Notes: a model not told the origin generated them from the sequence alone. A DNA stretch of 64,000 bases from a virus (IMGVR_UViG_3300021319_000003); one strand, 5' to 3'. Shown: positions 19,878 to 28,823, counted from the stretch's first letter. Made by a program: numbers and translations.

Positions 19878-19906
19878 TTGACATTAAGAACAAGATGGTA
19901 TATAAT
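19878..19906 (+). promoter_or_regulatory. consensus sigma70 promoter (TTGACA, 17 nt spacer, TATAAT)
   Basis: Perfect -35/-10 with 17-nt spacer, in an AT-rich intergenic region upstream of a ~580-nt leader and gene 20491. Confidence 0.65.
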
Positions 19907-20490
19907 TAAATCATCGTCAGGGATGACGATAAAACAAATCTCCTATCATAATTCAAACCAATCACAAAGTAGTACAGAAGCAAGCGCCTCTTGCCTTCTA
20001 GTTCTCCCAACAGTTTTAGTAACATCCAATCTCCTATCTTTTTCATTTCAAACCATAGAAAAATCTCCTAACCAGTCCTATCCTCTATAGGCTGGTTGAT
20101 GTAAAGAATATGTTTTGTCACTTTTTCATTGGTGATTTCTCCTTTCTTTCAAAAAAATTAATTTACCGTATTCTTTGCATCAATGAACCTATAGAGAGGC
20201 ATCTTGTCCTAAGCAAGACGTAAAACTACTGACCGGTTTTGAGTCGGCTAACACACAGAAGAACTAAATTCTTTGCTTATCACCGCCTTTCGTTTTTTAG
20301 TTTTTCTGTGGGTTAACGGGCCCAAAACGGGCCGAATCGAGAGTTCTTCTCTTGGTTCCTCCTTTCAATAGAGTGAATAAACGACCCTATTCCTTGGCGC
20401 GGGAAACAAAATAAAGCGCTACCCCTTAAGCGTATATCGGTGAAAACCGATGATTATAAAGCGAAAAGACAGAAAGGAATGGTTATCACA

Positions 20491-21159
20491 ATGGAAATGA
20501 CAATCCACAGAGCACTGCTTGAGCTCAAGACGCTCAAGAAGCGCATTGAAAACGAAATCGACCATGCCAGCTTTGTTACTTACGTAAAAGGCCGGGCAGA
20601 CAAGGTCAACGGTGTTCCCATCAAAGAAGTCGAAGCAGGCTTTCAGGGCGAATATGACAGCATCGTAAGTCTTATCAGCAACTATGAAAAGATTAAAACG
20701 GCTGTTATCCGCTCCAACGCTGGTTTGCAGGGCGAACCGCGTACCGTAAAGGTAAACGATAAGGATTACACGGTAGCAGAACTCATTGAAGAACTCAACA
20801 CGGTTTACGGCCGCAGCTTCAATGGCGGTTTCAAAGGTTCTCTTCTGCAGCGTATGCAGAGCAACCTGGCTTCCGCAAAGAGACGCATCGAGGTTATGGA
20901 AGCTGATGCGGACGCGCGCATCAACACCTACCTTGCCAATGTGGCCGGTAAGGATGCAAAGCTTACGGCGGAAGAAACTGCTCGTCACACGGCTGACTGG
21001 CATAAGTACAATGACCTTAAGCTGGTTGACCCGCTTAACCTTGAAGCAAAAATCAAGGCCCTCAACGAGGAAATCACAAAGTTCCGCGTTGAGGCTGACG
21101 CTAAGCTGTCCGAGGAAAACGCAATCCAGAAGATTGACGTAGACCTTACCAGTCTGTAA
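20491..21159 (+). CDS. hypothetical protein (likely abundantly expressed)
   Basis: Downstream of the consensus promoter and followed by a strong terminator. GAAAGGA ribosome-binding site. The overlapping minus-strand ORF 20419-21003 is judged spurious. Confidence 0.55.
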   Translation: MEMTIHRALLELKTLKKRIENEIDHASFVTYVKGRADKVNGVPIKEVEAGFQGEYDSIVSLISNYEKIKTAVIRSNAGLQGEPRTVKVNDKDYTVAELIEELNTVYGRSFNGGFKGSLLQRMQSNLASAKRRIEVMEADADARINTYLANVAGKDAKLTAEETARHTADWHKYNDLKLVDPLNLEAKIKALNEEITKFRVEADAKLSEENAIQKIDVDLTSL

Positions 21160-21164
21160 GAAAT

Positions 21165-21196
21165 TTTGCGACCGACATTCATGTCAGTCGCAAAAT
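21165..21196. terminator. long hairpin terminator (bidirectional-looking)
   Basis: TTTTGCGACCGACAT...TGTCAGTCGCAAAA stem with T-tract upstream and A-tract downstream. Shares the 17-mer AAATTTTGCGACCGACA with the hairpin at 23942. Confidence 0.55.
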
Positions 21197-21636
21197 ATAA
21201 AGTTTCAAAACTACACACAATTTTATATGGATGAAGCGCTGAAAATCTTGCAAGTAACAACTTCTGACCAAAGTATAAAATGGTTCTAACAGCACATGCA
21301 AGTATGTGGAAAATCAGCCGATATGAACAATTGGCACCGCTTTTTTAAAGCGTATATGAATAAAGAAGATTGCTCCGCACAATGGAGCCCTACCTTGCAA
21401 AGCTCAAAAATCTAAAGCAAAAAGCTGAAAGATTTAACTGTTAAAGATTTTTTCGTTTAACGATAAAAGCGCAAACCTTTAAAGAAGCACCGTCACCATT
21501 TAATTTTCTTTTTTTGAAAAAAGTATATTTAAGGTATGGGGTTGACGGTCGGATAAAAATCCAGGTATTTTACTTTTATTGGTGGTTACAACCAAAGATT
21601 TTTAGTCCTGGCTGGCGTTTTGTCCATATTCATCAT

Positions 21637-21711
21637 GCCGATGTAGCTCAATAGGGAGAGAGCACCGAAACTGTAACCTCGGCGACCCAGGTTCGAGTCC
21701 TGGCATTGGCT
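21637..21711 (+). tRNA. tRNA with atypical (9-10 nt) anticodon loop, isotype unresolved
   Basis: Acceptor GCCGATG/CATTGGC, D arm GCTC...GAGC, T arm CCAGG-TTCGAGT-CCTGG. The anticodon arm has only a 4-bp stem CCGA/TCGG with loop AACTGTAACC. Confidence 0.5.
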
Positions 21712-21829
21712 TAGCTAATATTAGTCCGGTTGGTCCGATCAACCGACTGGGCGCAACACTACGTGTAGTGCCGCGAAAGCGGTATCCTTCGCGGTCGAGG
21801 GATGTAAAAATTGCCGGCCGCCTGATAAT

Positions 21830-21862
21830 GCCCAACACCAGGTTAACGTCTGGTTAGAGGCT
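21830..21862 (+). repeat. bipartite hairpin, GTTAACGT-loop family copy 1
   Basis: Inner stem ACCAG/CTGGT around loop GTTAACGT, outer stem GCC/GGC. Covaries with the other five copies. Confidence 0.6.
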
Positions 21863-22003
21863 AACAATTTCCTGGACGCCCACTGCAGCGTGGTATCATT
21901 ACCCCCCCTGAGCCAAGTACCAAATGCAGTATTCTATGAATAATCCCCTGCAAAGGGATTAGATATATGTTGTTGAGTCCCAGACGGTCTTAATGACAAA
22001 AAA

Positions 22004-22022
22004 TGGCTACTATTCGGCCACG
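22004..22022 (+). repeat. spacer repeat TGGYTACTATTCGGCCAC (copy 1 of 2)
   Basis: Near-identical 19-mer recurs at 22231-22249 in the next inter-tRNA spacer. Confidence 0.4.
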
Positions 22023-22091
22023 AGACTGCCTTAATCCGTCGGTAGAATTGGAAAACAGAGTAGTTCCTGAGCATGAAATAACTGCTCAACC

Positions 22092-22183
22092 GGAGTCGTG
22101 GCCGAGAGGCTTAAGGCGGCACCCTGCTAAGGTGTTATACCCATTATAGGGTATCGTTGGTTCAAATCCAACCGGCTCCGCCA
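22092..22183 (+). tRNA. tRNA-Ser (anticodon GCU)
   Basis: Acceptor GGAGTCG/CGGCTCC, anticodon stem GCACC/GGTGT with loop CTGCTAA, long variable arm, T arm GTTGG-TTCAAAT-CCAAC, encoded CCA. Confidence 0.8.
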
Positions 22184-22186
22184 TCA

Positions 22187-22220
22187 TGTTTCGAACCGGG
22201 TTAACGTCCGGCAAGAAACA
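22187..22220 (+). repeat. bipartite hairpin, GTTAACGT-loop family copy 2
   Basis: Outer stem TGTTTC/GAAACA, inner stem CCGG/CCGG, loop GTTAACGT. Begins 4 nt after the tRNA-Ser CCA. Confidence 0.65.
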
Positions 22221-22230
22221 ACACTAAGGA

Positions 22231-22249
22231 ATGGTTACTATTCGGCCAC
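22231..22249 (+). repeat. spacer repeat TGGYTACTATTCGGCCAC (copy 2 of 2)
   Basis: Matches 22004-22022. Confidence 0.4.
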
Positions 22250-22324
22250 TCATGTCGGCTTACAACGGCCCTGATATGAGGGAAACAGAATAGGTCCTGG
22301 GTATGACCTAACTGCCTACGCCCT

Positions 22325-22400
22325 TCCCCGATAGTTCAGCCGGTAGAACGGTGGACTGTTAATCCATATGTCGCTGGTTCGAGTCCAGCTCGGGGAGCCA
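22325..22400 (+). tRNA. tRNA-Asn (anticodon GUU)
   Basis: Acceptor TCCCCGA/TCGGGGA, anticodon loop CTGTTAA, T arm GCTGG-TTCGAGT-CCAGC, encoded CCA. Confidence 0.8.
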
Positions 22401-22403
22401 TTT

Positions 22404-22479
22404 GCGGAAATAGCTCAGTTGGTAGAGCACCGTCCTTCCAAGTCGGGTGTCGCGAGTTCGAGTCTCGTTTTCCGCTCCA
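22404..22479 (+). tRNA. tRNA-Gly (anticodon UCC)
   Basis: Acceptor GCGGAAA/TTTCCGC, D arm GCTCAGTTGGTAGAGC, anticodon loop CTTCCAA (one stem mismatch), encoded CCA. Starts 4 nt after tRNA-Asn. Confidence 0.7.
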
Positions 22480-22485
22480 TATTAC

Positions 22486-22571
22486 GCCCCTGTCGCATAG
22501 AGGCCGATTGCACCGGTTTTGTAAACCGGTTCCGAAAGGACACGTCAGTTCGAATCTGACCGGGGGCTCCA
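22486..22571 (+). tRNA. type II (long variable arm) tRNA with anticodon UGU by eye
   Basis: Acceptor GCCCCTG/CGGGGGC, anticodon stem CCGGT/ACCGG with loop TTTGTAA, 14-nt variable arm TTCCGAAAGGACAC, T arm GTCAG-TTCGAAT-CTGAC, encoded CCA. Confidence 0.55.
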
Positions 22572-22596
22572 TTTTAAATAACGGAGAAAGATAAAA

Positions 22597-22824
22597 ATGT
22601 TCAACTTGTTTTTCTCGGAAGAAACACTAGATAAAATATGTGAGTATGCAACTTACTTGGTTGCAACTTGTGCAGTGGTTATTGCAACACTTCTTGTTGT
22701 ATTAATAGCTTCAAAACTTTATGAAGGAGCAATTGTGCTTGCAGTGGTTGTGTTTATCGCAGGGCCGGCGCTTGGCTTCCTCATAAAAAACATAATGAAT
22801 TTTTTGATAGAAAGGTTTGGTTAA
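22597..22824 (+). CDS. small membrane protein
   Basis: 75 aa with two hydrophobic helices. GGAGAAAGATAAAAATG ribosome-binding site. Confidence 0.45.
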   Translation: MFNLFFSEETLDKICEYATYLVATCAVVIATLLVVLIASKLYEGAIVLAVVVFIAGPALGFLIKNIMNFLIERFG

Positions 22825-22991
22825 TCTATGGTAAAAACTTATTCTAACAACACAAAAGGAAGCAGAGTTGGTAAGAGCCTGTTTTATCCCAAGGCAAAAT
22901 GCTGCGCTACGGTAAATACGCCGGTTATGAACGGCTGGCTGATGGGCCGCTATGTAGCTACTACTGGTAAGAAACACTGAGGTAGCATATA

Positions 22992-23636
22992 ATGAGCAAT
23001 TGTCTTGAAAAACAAGTTATTTGCAGCTATGGGGCTGGAGATTGGTTTGATAAGATTCCATTGGCGAATCTTATCGACGGCGGCATAACAGCAATCAACG
23101 TAGACCGTCGTTTTGGCAAAACCACTTTTATCGCCAATGCGGTAAAGAAAATCTTATCCCAAGATATGGCTGACCACATTGTCATTAAGTGCGGTTATAT
23201 AGTTCATTCCAAATTTATGGAAAGGACTCTAAAAGAAGTCCTTGGCGATGATTACAAGAAACAGTATCCGCAAATCGACATCGTTCCCAATGAGCACAAT
23301 ATGATTACATTGTGTTCGGATAAACGACGCACAGTAACGTTCATTGACGAATTCGCAAGCGCAGGAACAACACAGGATGTACGTGATATTCTGGAAAGCG
23401 AAATCACTGCCGATGCGCAGACATGGGTTATCCTGGGAACATCTTACGAGGGTTCACTTGATATAAGAGAGAAGAATCCATTCGTAGGTTTATTGGAAAT
23501 GCCTTTCGTGCGAACTTTTGAGGTAGTCGGCCGTATTCCCGAAAACTGTCTTGTTTATTTCGATGAAAAGCGAAAGCAGATAATAAAGATGCGCCAGGAA
23601 GTGTTTCCGACTATTAGTTTTGGCAGCTTTGAATAA
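22992..23636 (+). CDS. P-loop NTPase-like protein (deviant Walker A)
   Basis: VDRRFGKTT (Walker A-like) and VTFIDEF (Walker B-like). 214 aa. Confidence 0.45.
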   Translation: MSNCLEKQVICSYGAGDWFDKIPLANLIDGGITAINVDRRFGKTTFIANAVKKILSQDMADHIVIKCGYIVHSKFMERTLKEVLGDDYKKQYPQIDIVPNEHNMITLCSDKRRTVTFIDEFASAGTTQDVRDILESEITADAQTWVILGTSYEGSLDIREKNPFVGLLEMPFVRTFEVVGRIPENCLVYFDEKRKQIIKMRQEVFPTISFGSFE

Positions 23637-23716
23637 ATCCCCTCCATGTGACTGGCCCGGATGAGGCCATAGAATATCGTCCACCTTATGAGAATCCTGT
23701 TTTAGGAGAGAAGAAT

Positions 23717-23944
23717 ATGACAGTATATATGGTTATTCACCAAACTTTATGCGATGATTATGACCAGGACGTTATGGGTGTTTTTTCAAACGCCGAAGCC
23801 GCCCAGGCATGCTATGACGACTGGGTTAATGAATACGGCCTTGAAGATTGTGACAATGGCGCGTATTACAACGATGGTGAACATCGCTTAGAAATTCACT
23901 CATATAAAATTGAGGAAACTTACGAGCGAGATTCAGATTTTTAA
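23717..23944 (+). CDS. small acidic hypothetical protein
   Basis: Internal ATG with TTAGGAGAGAAGAATATG ribosome-binding site preferred over the track start at 23648. Confidence 0.45.
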   Translation: MTVYMVIHQTLCDDYDQDVMGVFSNAEAAQACYDDWVNEYGLEDCDNGAYYNDGEHRLEIHSYKIEETYERDSDF

Positions 23945-23953
23945 ATTTTGCGA

Positions 23954-23969
23954 CCGACACTAATGTCGG
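23954..23969. terminator. hairpin sharing the AAATTTTGCGACCGACA motif
   Basis: CCGACA-CTAA-TGTCGG hairpin directly after the stop of 23717-23944. Same 17-mer context as the terminator at 21165. Confidence 0.4.
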
Positions 23970-24296
23970 CCATAAAACATGCGTGACCTGACTGCTGGTT
24001 GCCAAGAGAACCATGCAGCGAATAAAGAATGCAGAGAGGCTGTACCGCTTCCTGCAAGCCTCCGGAGCGCCCAGAAAGAAACTTGGCCAGTGGTAGAAAG
24101 TCTCCAATGAGGACACCGTATGAACGCCTAAAGAAATACGGTACATCCGGCCCTAGAGGACAAGCCGGATAGGTGCAAGGCTTTCACGGTTCGACCGTGG
24201 GCAACGGCAAGGAAAAGCCGTTAAAACCCGGCACGAGAGGCTACACCGACGCTGAGTAGCCAAGCTGTTTGAGACGAGCAGCAATCAAAAAATACC

Positions 24297-24323
24297 TGCC
24301 TCCTTGGCAGGTATGATGCAATA
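24297..24323 (-). terminator. intrinsic terminator for a minus-strand transcript
   Basis: Perfect 8-bp stem TACCTGCC/GGCAGGTA followed, on the minus strand, by a T7 tract. Confidence 0.6.
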
Positions 24324-24361
24324 GATATAAAAATAGCCGGGAATATCGTTTTATGCAAGTA

Positions 24362-24451
24362 TTAGGACTTAAACGCTAAAACTACGAGTGCGACGGCATA
24401 CAGCGCATCGCGCAAAGAGTCGAAAAACTCCGGAGTCAAGGATAATTCCAT
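24362..24451 (-). CDS. small minus-strand peptide (29 aa, hydrophobic C-terminus)
   Basis: MELSLTPEFFDSLRDALYAVALVVLAFKS with AGAAAGGAAG ribosome-binding site 8 nt upstream. Intrinsic terminator lies 40 nt downstream. The only credible minus-strand gene in the phage region. Confidence 0.4.
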   Translation of the reverse strand: MELSLTPEFFDSLRDALYAVALVVLAFKS

Positions 24452-24806
24452 GGCTAAATCTTCCTTTCTAAGTTTTTTGGAAAAACTTCAGCGGGGCGGG
24501 CAGGTCGCGAGGTCTTTTGCAAGATTGCGAGCTGTTATCCCATACCTGGCCTACATGTATTGCTACCGTGCTTGCCCAGTAGCAAGGAATGCTCGGTGAG
24601 GAGCATTTGTTATGCATGTTTTGTGAAAGGTAGATAAAGTATTTTTACGATATTCTCAGCCGATGTCTATTGTATCATACGTGTCAAGGAAAAGACGATA
24701 AAACCCGATAAGGAAAAAAATCGTATAAATTCCCCCTGGCGGTAGAGGCAACGGTTGACCGCATATCCGAAGGCGGCAGGATGTAAAACAAGTCGCCCCC
24801 ATAATG

Positions 24807-24887
24807 AGGCAGTAGCTCAAATGGCTAGAGCGGACGAGAAAGCAAATGGGGCTTTCTTATGATGGTGGTTCGATTCCTCCCTGCCCC
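24807..24887 (+). other. degenerate tRNA-like element
   Basis: Acceptor-like GAGGCAG/CTGCCCC, D arm GCTC..GAGC, T-arm-like GGTGG-TTCGATT-CCTCC with a central mismatch, non-canonical anticodon arm. Confidence 0.3.
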
Positions 24888-24898
24888 TATATCATACA

Positions 24899-24969
24899 TC
24901 CCCAAAGCTCCTCCGGCAGAGCTCGTAAGGCTACGGCTTGCGGCGAAGGTTCGAATCCTTCTTGGGGGT
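24899..24969 (+). other. tRNA-like element with non-canonical anticodon region
   Basis: Acceptor TCCCCAA/TTGGGGG, D arm GCTC-CTCCGGCA-GAGC, T arm GAAGG-TTCGAAT-CCTTC. Central arm does not fold canonically. Confidence 0.3.
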
Positions 24970-24974
24970 ATCAT

Positions 24975-25029
24975 GCTCAAAGTCTGGGGGACACCGGCCG
25001 GTAGACAGGTTCGATTCCTGTATTGAGCA
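24975..25029 (+). other. mini tRNA-like minihelix (acceptor + T arm, ~55 nt)
   Basis: GCTCAAA...ATTGAGC acceptor and ACAGG-TTCGATT-CCTGT T arm with a single ~22-nt internal segment. No D or anticodon arm. Confidence 0.35.
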
Positions 25030-25149
25030 ACATTGTTCTGAGGGAAATGATCAATCTTTTCGGAACAAACATTGTGCCACAATGATTTCCAGACGTGGCA
25101 TCCCCCGCCTGAGGGATGGTAAAAGCATATCAGGCGCCTATAATGTTCC

Positions 25150-25221
25150 AACTCTGGGAGCTATGCTTATACTGGATAACCAATCCAGTACATAAGGCAG
25201 GTTCGATTCCTGCAAGGAGCG
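25150..25221 (+). other. tRNA-like 3' half / degenerate tRNA
   Basis: T arm GCAGG-TTCGATT-CCTGC plus acceptor-like 3' strand. 5' partner poorly matched. Confidence 0.25.
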
Positions 25222-26594
25222 CTTATCCAATCTCCACCGTGCGCAATTGGGCGCCGGAAATGTAAAAGGGTCGCTACCTTTACAGGCGATGTTAAATCCA
25301 TGATGCTGCCTTGGGAGCCGGGCATCAAGATGTTTCCCGATATTAAAATCGGGCACCAATTGGCTATCGGGTGTGTATAAGCTTAGGATAGCCCGTGAGG
25401 TCAAGCTTCCGCGACGATGAAGGTGTAAAGCACGTTAAACAGCTCCATGAATATTTCGCGGGTTTTCCGAAGTTCTAAGAATCGGGCGTTCAATGGCTGC
25501 GAGCGCGTAAATAGACAGCCAGCTTGAGTCACCGTGGACCCCGGATGTCCCGAAAGGAGCATGCCGGACAGGCGATAAGGCCGCGTTCCACGACACGAAA
25601 GCTTTCCTTGCCCGGCACGGTAGGTTAAACCGGGATAAGGGCTCCATTACCCTTGGCTGTAACCAGAATAGGCCAACCGCGTTTTTGGGTTCGCACTGCT
25701 GTGTGCAGGCGTCTCGATTACCCGGTGCCAACAGCCGAAGAGATGACCTTTATCGGAGCGTTCGCTATCGGACAATTGCTGAGGAAGTAAGAACTAAAGG
25801 CCACGGTTTTTAGCACTCAGAATAACGACGCGAAGGCATTCCTTTCGGTGGAGGTATACCGAAGAATATAAAACCTGGTCCACCCCGATAACGCCGTAAA
25901 GTACAAACGGTAGCTCGGTTCAGTGGTAGCAAGGTTGCGCCAAGCGTACCTGGATTACTTTTATCTGGATGAGCTAAAGTACACAGCTTATCAACTTAAG
26001 GATAATAACAGGCACGAAGGTGATTTAGCCTCCAAGGCGAAAAACGGCGTAGGGTAAGGGCACTACGTAATAAGCCGCCCGAGTCGGAAGAACCGACATA
26101 AAACCTGCATAAGATAACTGCTTGGCACAGGGTTAAGCAGGGAAACCGGTGGCTACGGCAGTAATCCGGTAAACGCCAAAGACATGTGGGCCTCCCCTGC
26201 GGGGTGAGTAAGTTACTTGGCGGCCGTAAAAGGAATTCATAAAAAAAAGCGAGAACTCGGTCATGGAGACTAACCCATCTCCAAATTCTCCAGATACTGC
26301 TTATCCTTTCGGGTATCATAGCTCATTCGCGACAAATGCGGAAGGAGTACCTTGTTCCGTATAGCGCAATGCGGAGCATGCTATTATTAGACCTCGTAAG
26401 CAAAGACAGGGACAGCAATCTCGTTCAAATCGGTAAAGCTTACCCCCCAGGTATCGGGCAGTTATTTGCCAAAGCTTGGATGGGTCAATCCGACACAGTG
26501 CTGCTGTATCTCGGGCACTAAAAACCTGCACTGGTACTTCATCATCTTTCATACCAGTAAAAGCGTTTAATAGCCTGACCCGAAAGGGTCATAT

Positions 26595-26992
26595 GGGGAC
26601 GAAATTGGTTTCGACAGGGTGTTGAAGCCGTAAGATTCGCAGACCGATGGTTATGACGTCTAACTCATTAACCGCTAAATTTAACTGACGAAGTTGAATA
26701 TCGTCTCGCTGCCTAATCTGCCGTAAGGTAGATTGGTTAGCCCCTATCGTATCACTAGCTGTGAGCAGGGCGGTAGGTTTCAAATAAACACAGCAAACGT
26801 CAGGAGGCCCGCTCGACGTAAACAACACGGGGAGTTTTCCTGCTTTCGAAAAAGCAGGTGGTGGAGGTGTAGACCATTACGCTTTGTTCGGCTGGTTACA
26901 CCCTAGAGAATGGCGCTCTTAAAAATGCCTATTGCGATAATGTCTTACAGGTGGATGCATTTTGGACACGGGTTCGACTCCCGTCGTCTCCA
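26595..26992 (+). ncRNA. ssrA: tmRNA (ssrA), tag reading frame ...DEVEYRLAA*
   Basis: 5' GGGGACGAAATTGGTTTCGACAGGG matches the tmRNA 5' consensus. 3' T arm ACGGG-TTCGACT-CCCGT and acceptor CGTCTCC pair with the 5' GGGGACG. Internal ORF GAC GAA GTT GAA TAT CGT CTC GCT GCC TAA ends in LAA like canonical tags. Confidence 0.75.
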
Positions 26993-26995
26993 CGG

Positions 26996-27023
26996 CCGCG
27001 ACAAGGTTAACGTCTTGAAGCGG
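26996..27023 (+). repeat. bipartite hairpin, GTTAACGT-loop family copy 3a
   Basis: Outer stem CCGC/GCGG, inner stem CAAG/CTTG, loop GTTAACGT. Begins 4 nt after the tmRNA 3' end. Confidence 0.65.
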
Positions 27024-27030
27024 CAGCCAC

Positions 27031-27062
27031 CGTTCCGATGAGGTTAACGTCTCAAAGGAACG
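27031..27062 (+). repeat. bipartite hairpin, GTTAACGT-loop family copy 3b
   Basis: Outer stem CGTTCC/GGAACG, inner stem TGAG/CTCA, loop GTTAACGT. Tandem with copy 3a. Confidence 0.65.
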
Positions 27063-27190
27063 AAAATTACGGAGCTTAAGAAATCAGCCATATCGGCTGA
27101 TTAAGGCAAATCTATTGAAATGTTTTCCGGAAGCTTGCACCGGATTATAGATTTGTCTTAATGAACTGATATGAGAAAGGGGAAAATATT

Positions 27191-27724
27191 TTGTTAGCTT
27201 TTGCGATGGATTACGAAGACGCGCTCCGTAAAACGGACCGTGCAAACTGGATGAACCCAAACACAAAGTGGTATTACGGTGGATGGGAAACAGAGATTGT
27301 TGTTGACAAGAATACCTGGAATAACATCCAGATGGTATCAGTCGATAAAGAAGACAATGTACATGGATATTTTAGCGTAGCTGTCGACGAAACGCTTAAC
27401 AGGCTGGCCAGTATGAGTGTAATCAACTATGGCCCCAAGTGTGACCTTGTTTTTTCAAAAGACTTTTACCAGTTCTTAAAATATCTATTCGTCGATAGAG
27501 GGTTTCACAAGTTGGAATGGACAGTGGTAATTGGGAACCCGATTGAGAAGATGTATGACCGTTTTTGTAAAAAAGCGGGCGGAAATATTATCGGCATTTC
27601 TCACGATTCGGCAATGTTACGTGACAGAAGACCGTATGACCAGAAACACTATGAGGTTTTTGATAGAGGCGTAATCGCCTATCTGGAAAGCAAAGGCATA
27701 AAAGATAAATGGAAAAGAAAGTAA
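27191..27724 (+). CDS. GNAT-like acetyltransferase fold protein (weak)
   Basis: 177 aa. C-terminal FHKLEWTVVIGNPIEKMYDRFCKKAGG resembles GNAT motif A. TTG start with GAAAGGGGA ribosome-binding site. Confidence 0.45.
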   Translation: MLAFAMDYEDALRKTDRANWMNPNTKWYYGGWETEIVVDKNTWNNIQMVSVDKEDNVHGYFSVAVDETLNRLASMSVINYGPKCDLVFSKDFYQFLKYLFVDRGFHKLEWTVVIGNPIEKMYDRFCKKAGGNIIGISHDSAMLRDRRPYDQKHYEVFDRGVIAYLESKGIKDKWKRK

Positions 27725-28266
27725 AGTTATACCTTCTCGGCGGTACTGCTGTCGTAGACTTTGTTTATTCAGCAACATCGCCAATTATCCACATATATTT
27801 TATAAGCCTGATAAGTTCCAGTGTTTTGGCCATGGCCAATATTCTGACCACCGCTTTGGCGGCAGGCGTAAACGCATCTATCCAGTCAGATAAACTCAAA
27901 GACTTTTATCGGCATCACTTCTTATGGATAATCGCAATAGATGTTGTCTGTTTCGCGCTTATCAGTTTTGAAGGCATATCAATCCCGGAAGTCAGATTCT
28001 TAGGCTTAGCTGTTTTAAATGCCGTATCATCAACTCTTTGGTTTACTGTGGTAAATGACGCAATCAATCATAAGATTGAGGGCGATAGATTGACAAAATG
28101 GAACAGCTTGTCTAAAACGGTTAATCTGACGGCGGCACTATTAGGCAGCGTAATCGCGATAATCTTTACGCAGATTAGTGTAGAGTATTGTATCGCGGCA
28201 CAATGCATAGCAAACTTATTCATGGGTGCCACAGACTGGTTAGCTTATAAGAGGATACGATATTAA
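27709..28266 (+). CDS. integral membrane protein (about 5 TM helices)
   Basis: 185-aa hydrophobic ORF overlapping the upstream stop. Confidence 0.5.
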   Translation: MEKKVKLYLLGGTAVVDFVYSATSPIIHIYFISLISSSVLAMANILTTALAAGVNASIQSDKLKDFYRHHFLWIIAIDVVCFALISFEGISIPEVRFLGLAVLNAVSSTLWFTVVNDAINHKIEGDRLTKWNSLSKTVNLTAALLGSVIAIIFTQISVEYCIAAQCIANLFMGATDWLAYKRIRY

Positions 28267-28387
28267 GAGGTGTAAGTATGACGGCAGCAGATAGTGTCTT
28301 TGCAGGCTTTATGTTAATTTTCGCCCTTGTAATGATTGGGGCAATAGCGATTGGAGCTGTATCTATGTTGAACGATGAAGATAGAAC

Positions 28388-28603
28388 ATGAGCAAGGTCA
28401 TTGATTTACAAGAGTACAAAGAAAAGAACAGTCCGCATGAAGTGGCCGAAGTAATCTGCCTGCATTGCATGCACCGTTGGTTGTCCGTGCACAAGCAGGG
28501 GGAATGGCTTGCTAAATGGGATTGTCCTAAATGCGGCAAAGTGGGTGGCATAATATATACCGGCCAGCCGTTGCCAGAGGATGGTGAGAGATATGCAGAC
28601 TAA
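28388..28603 (+). CDS. zinc-ribbon protein
   Basis: CLHCMHRW...CPKCGKVGG motifs. 71 aa. Confidence 0.5.
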   Translation: MSKVIDLQEYKEKNSPHEVAEVICLHCMHRWLSVHKQGEWLAKWDCPKCGKVGGIIYTGQPLPEDGERYAD

Positions 28604-28823
28604 ACTTCCGGAGCAAGTAATCGAAAGTATTAATGCAGGTATAGCTAAAGCGCATGAAGCGATTTCGGCTCACGACCGCATCCTTTCAATGAACAAATCT
28701 CATAAAAGATATTGGCAGATAAATAAAGCTTATCGACTTTTGCAGTCAAAAGCGGAAATTGTGCTGCCACACGAAATTCACCAAATCGTGACAACCATAA
28801 AATTGTCAAGGAAAAGACATTAA
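28581..28823 (+). CDS. hypothetical protein
   Basis: 80-aa ORF overlapping the upstream gene. Confidence 0.45.
   Translation: MVRDMQTKLPEQVIESINAGIAKAHEAISAHDRILSMNKSHKRYWQINKAYRLLQSKAEIVLPHEIHQIVTTIKLSRKRH

Noticed and set aside
19878-20090. Plus-strand ORF 19878-20090 (70 aa)
   Set aside because: It starts inside the -35 element of the consensus promoter. It is Ser/Gln-rich low complexity with no ribosome-binding site. The region is better explained as a promoter plus untranslated leader.
591-21003. Minus-strand ORFs in the track overlapping + strand genes, such as 591-1169, 4833-5432, 7772-8299, 13714-14364, 16615-17271 and 20419-21003
   Set aside because: They lie antisense inside well-supported, RBS-preceded, translationally coupled + strand genes. 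They lack ribosome-binding sites and have low-complexity translations, so they are shadow ORFs.
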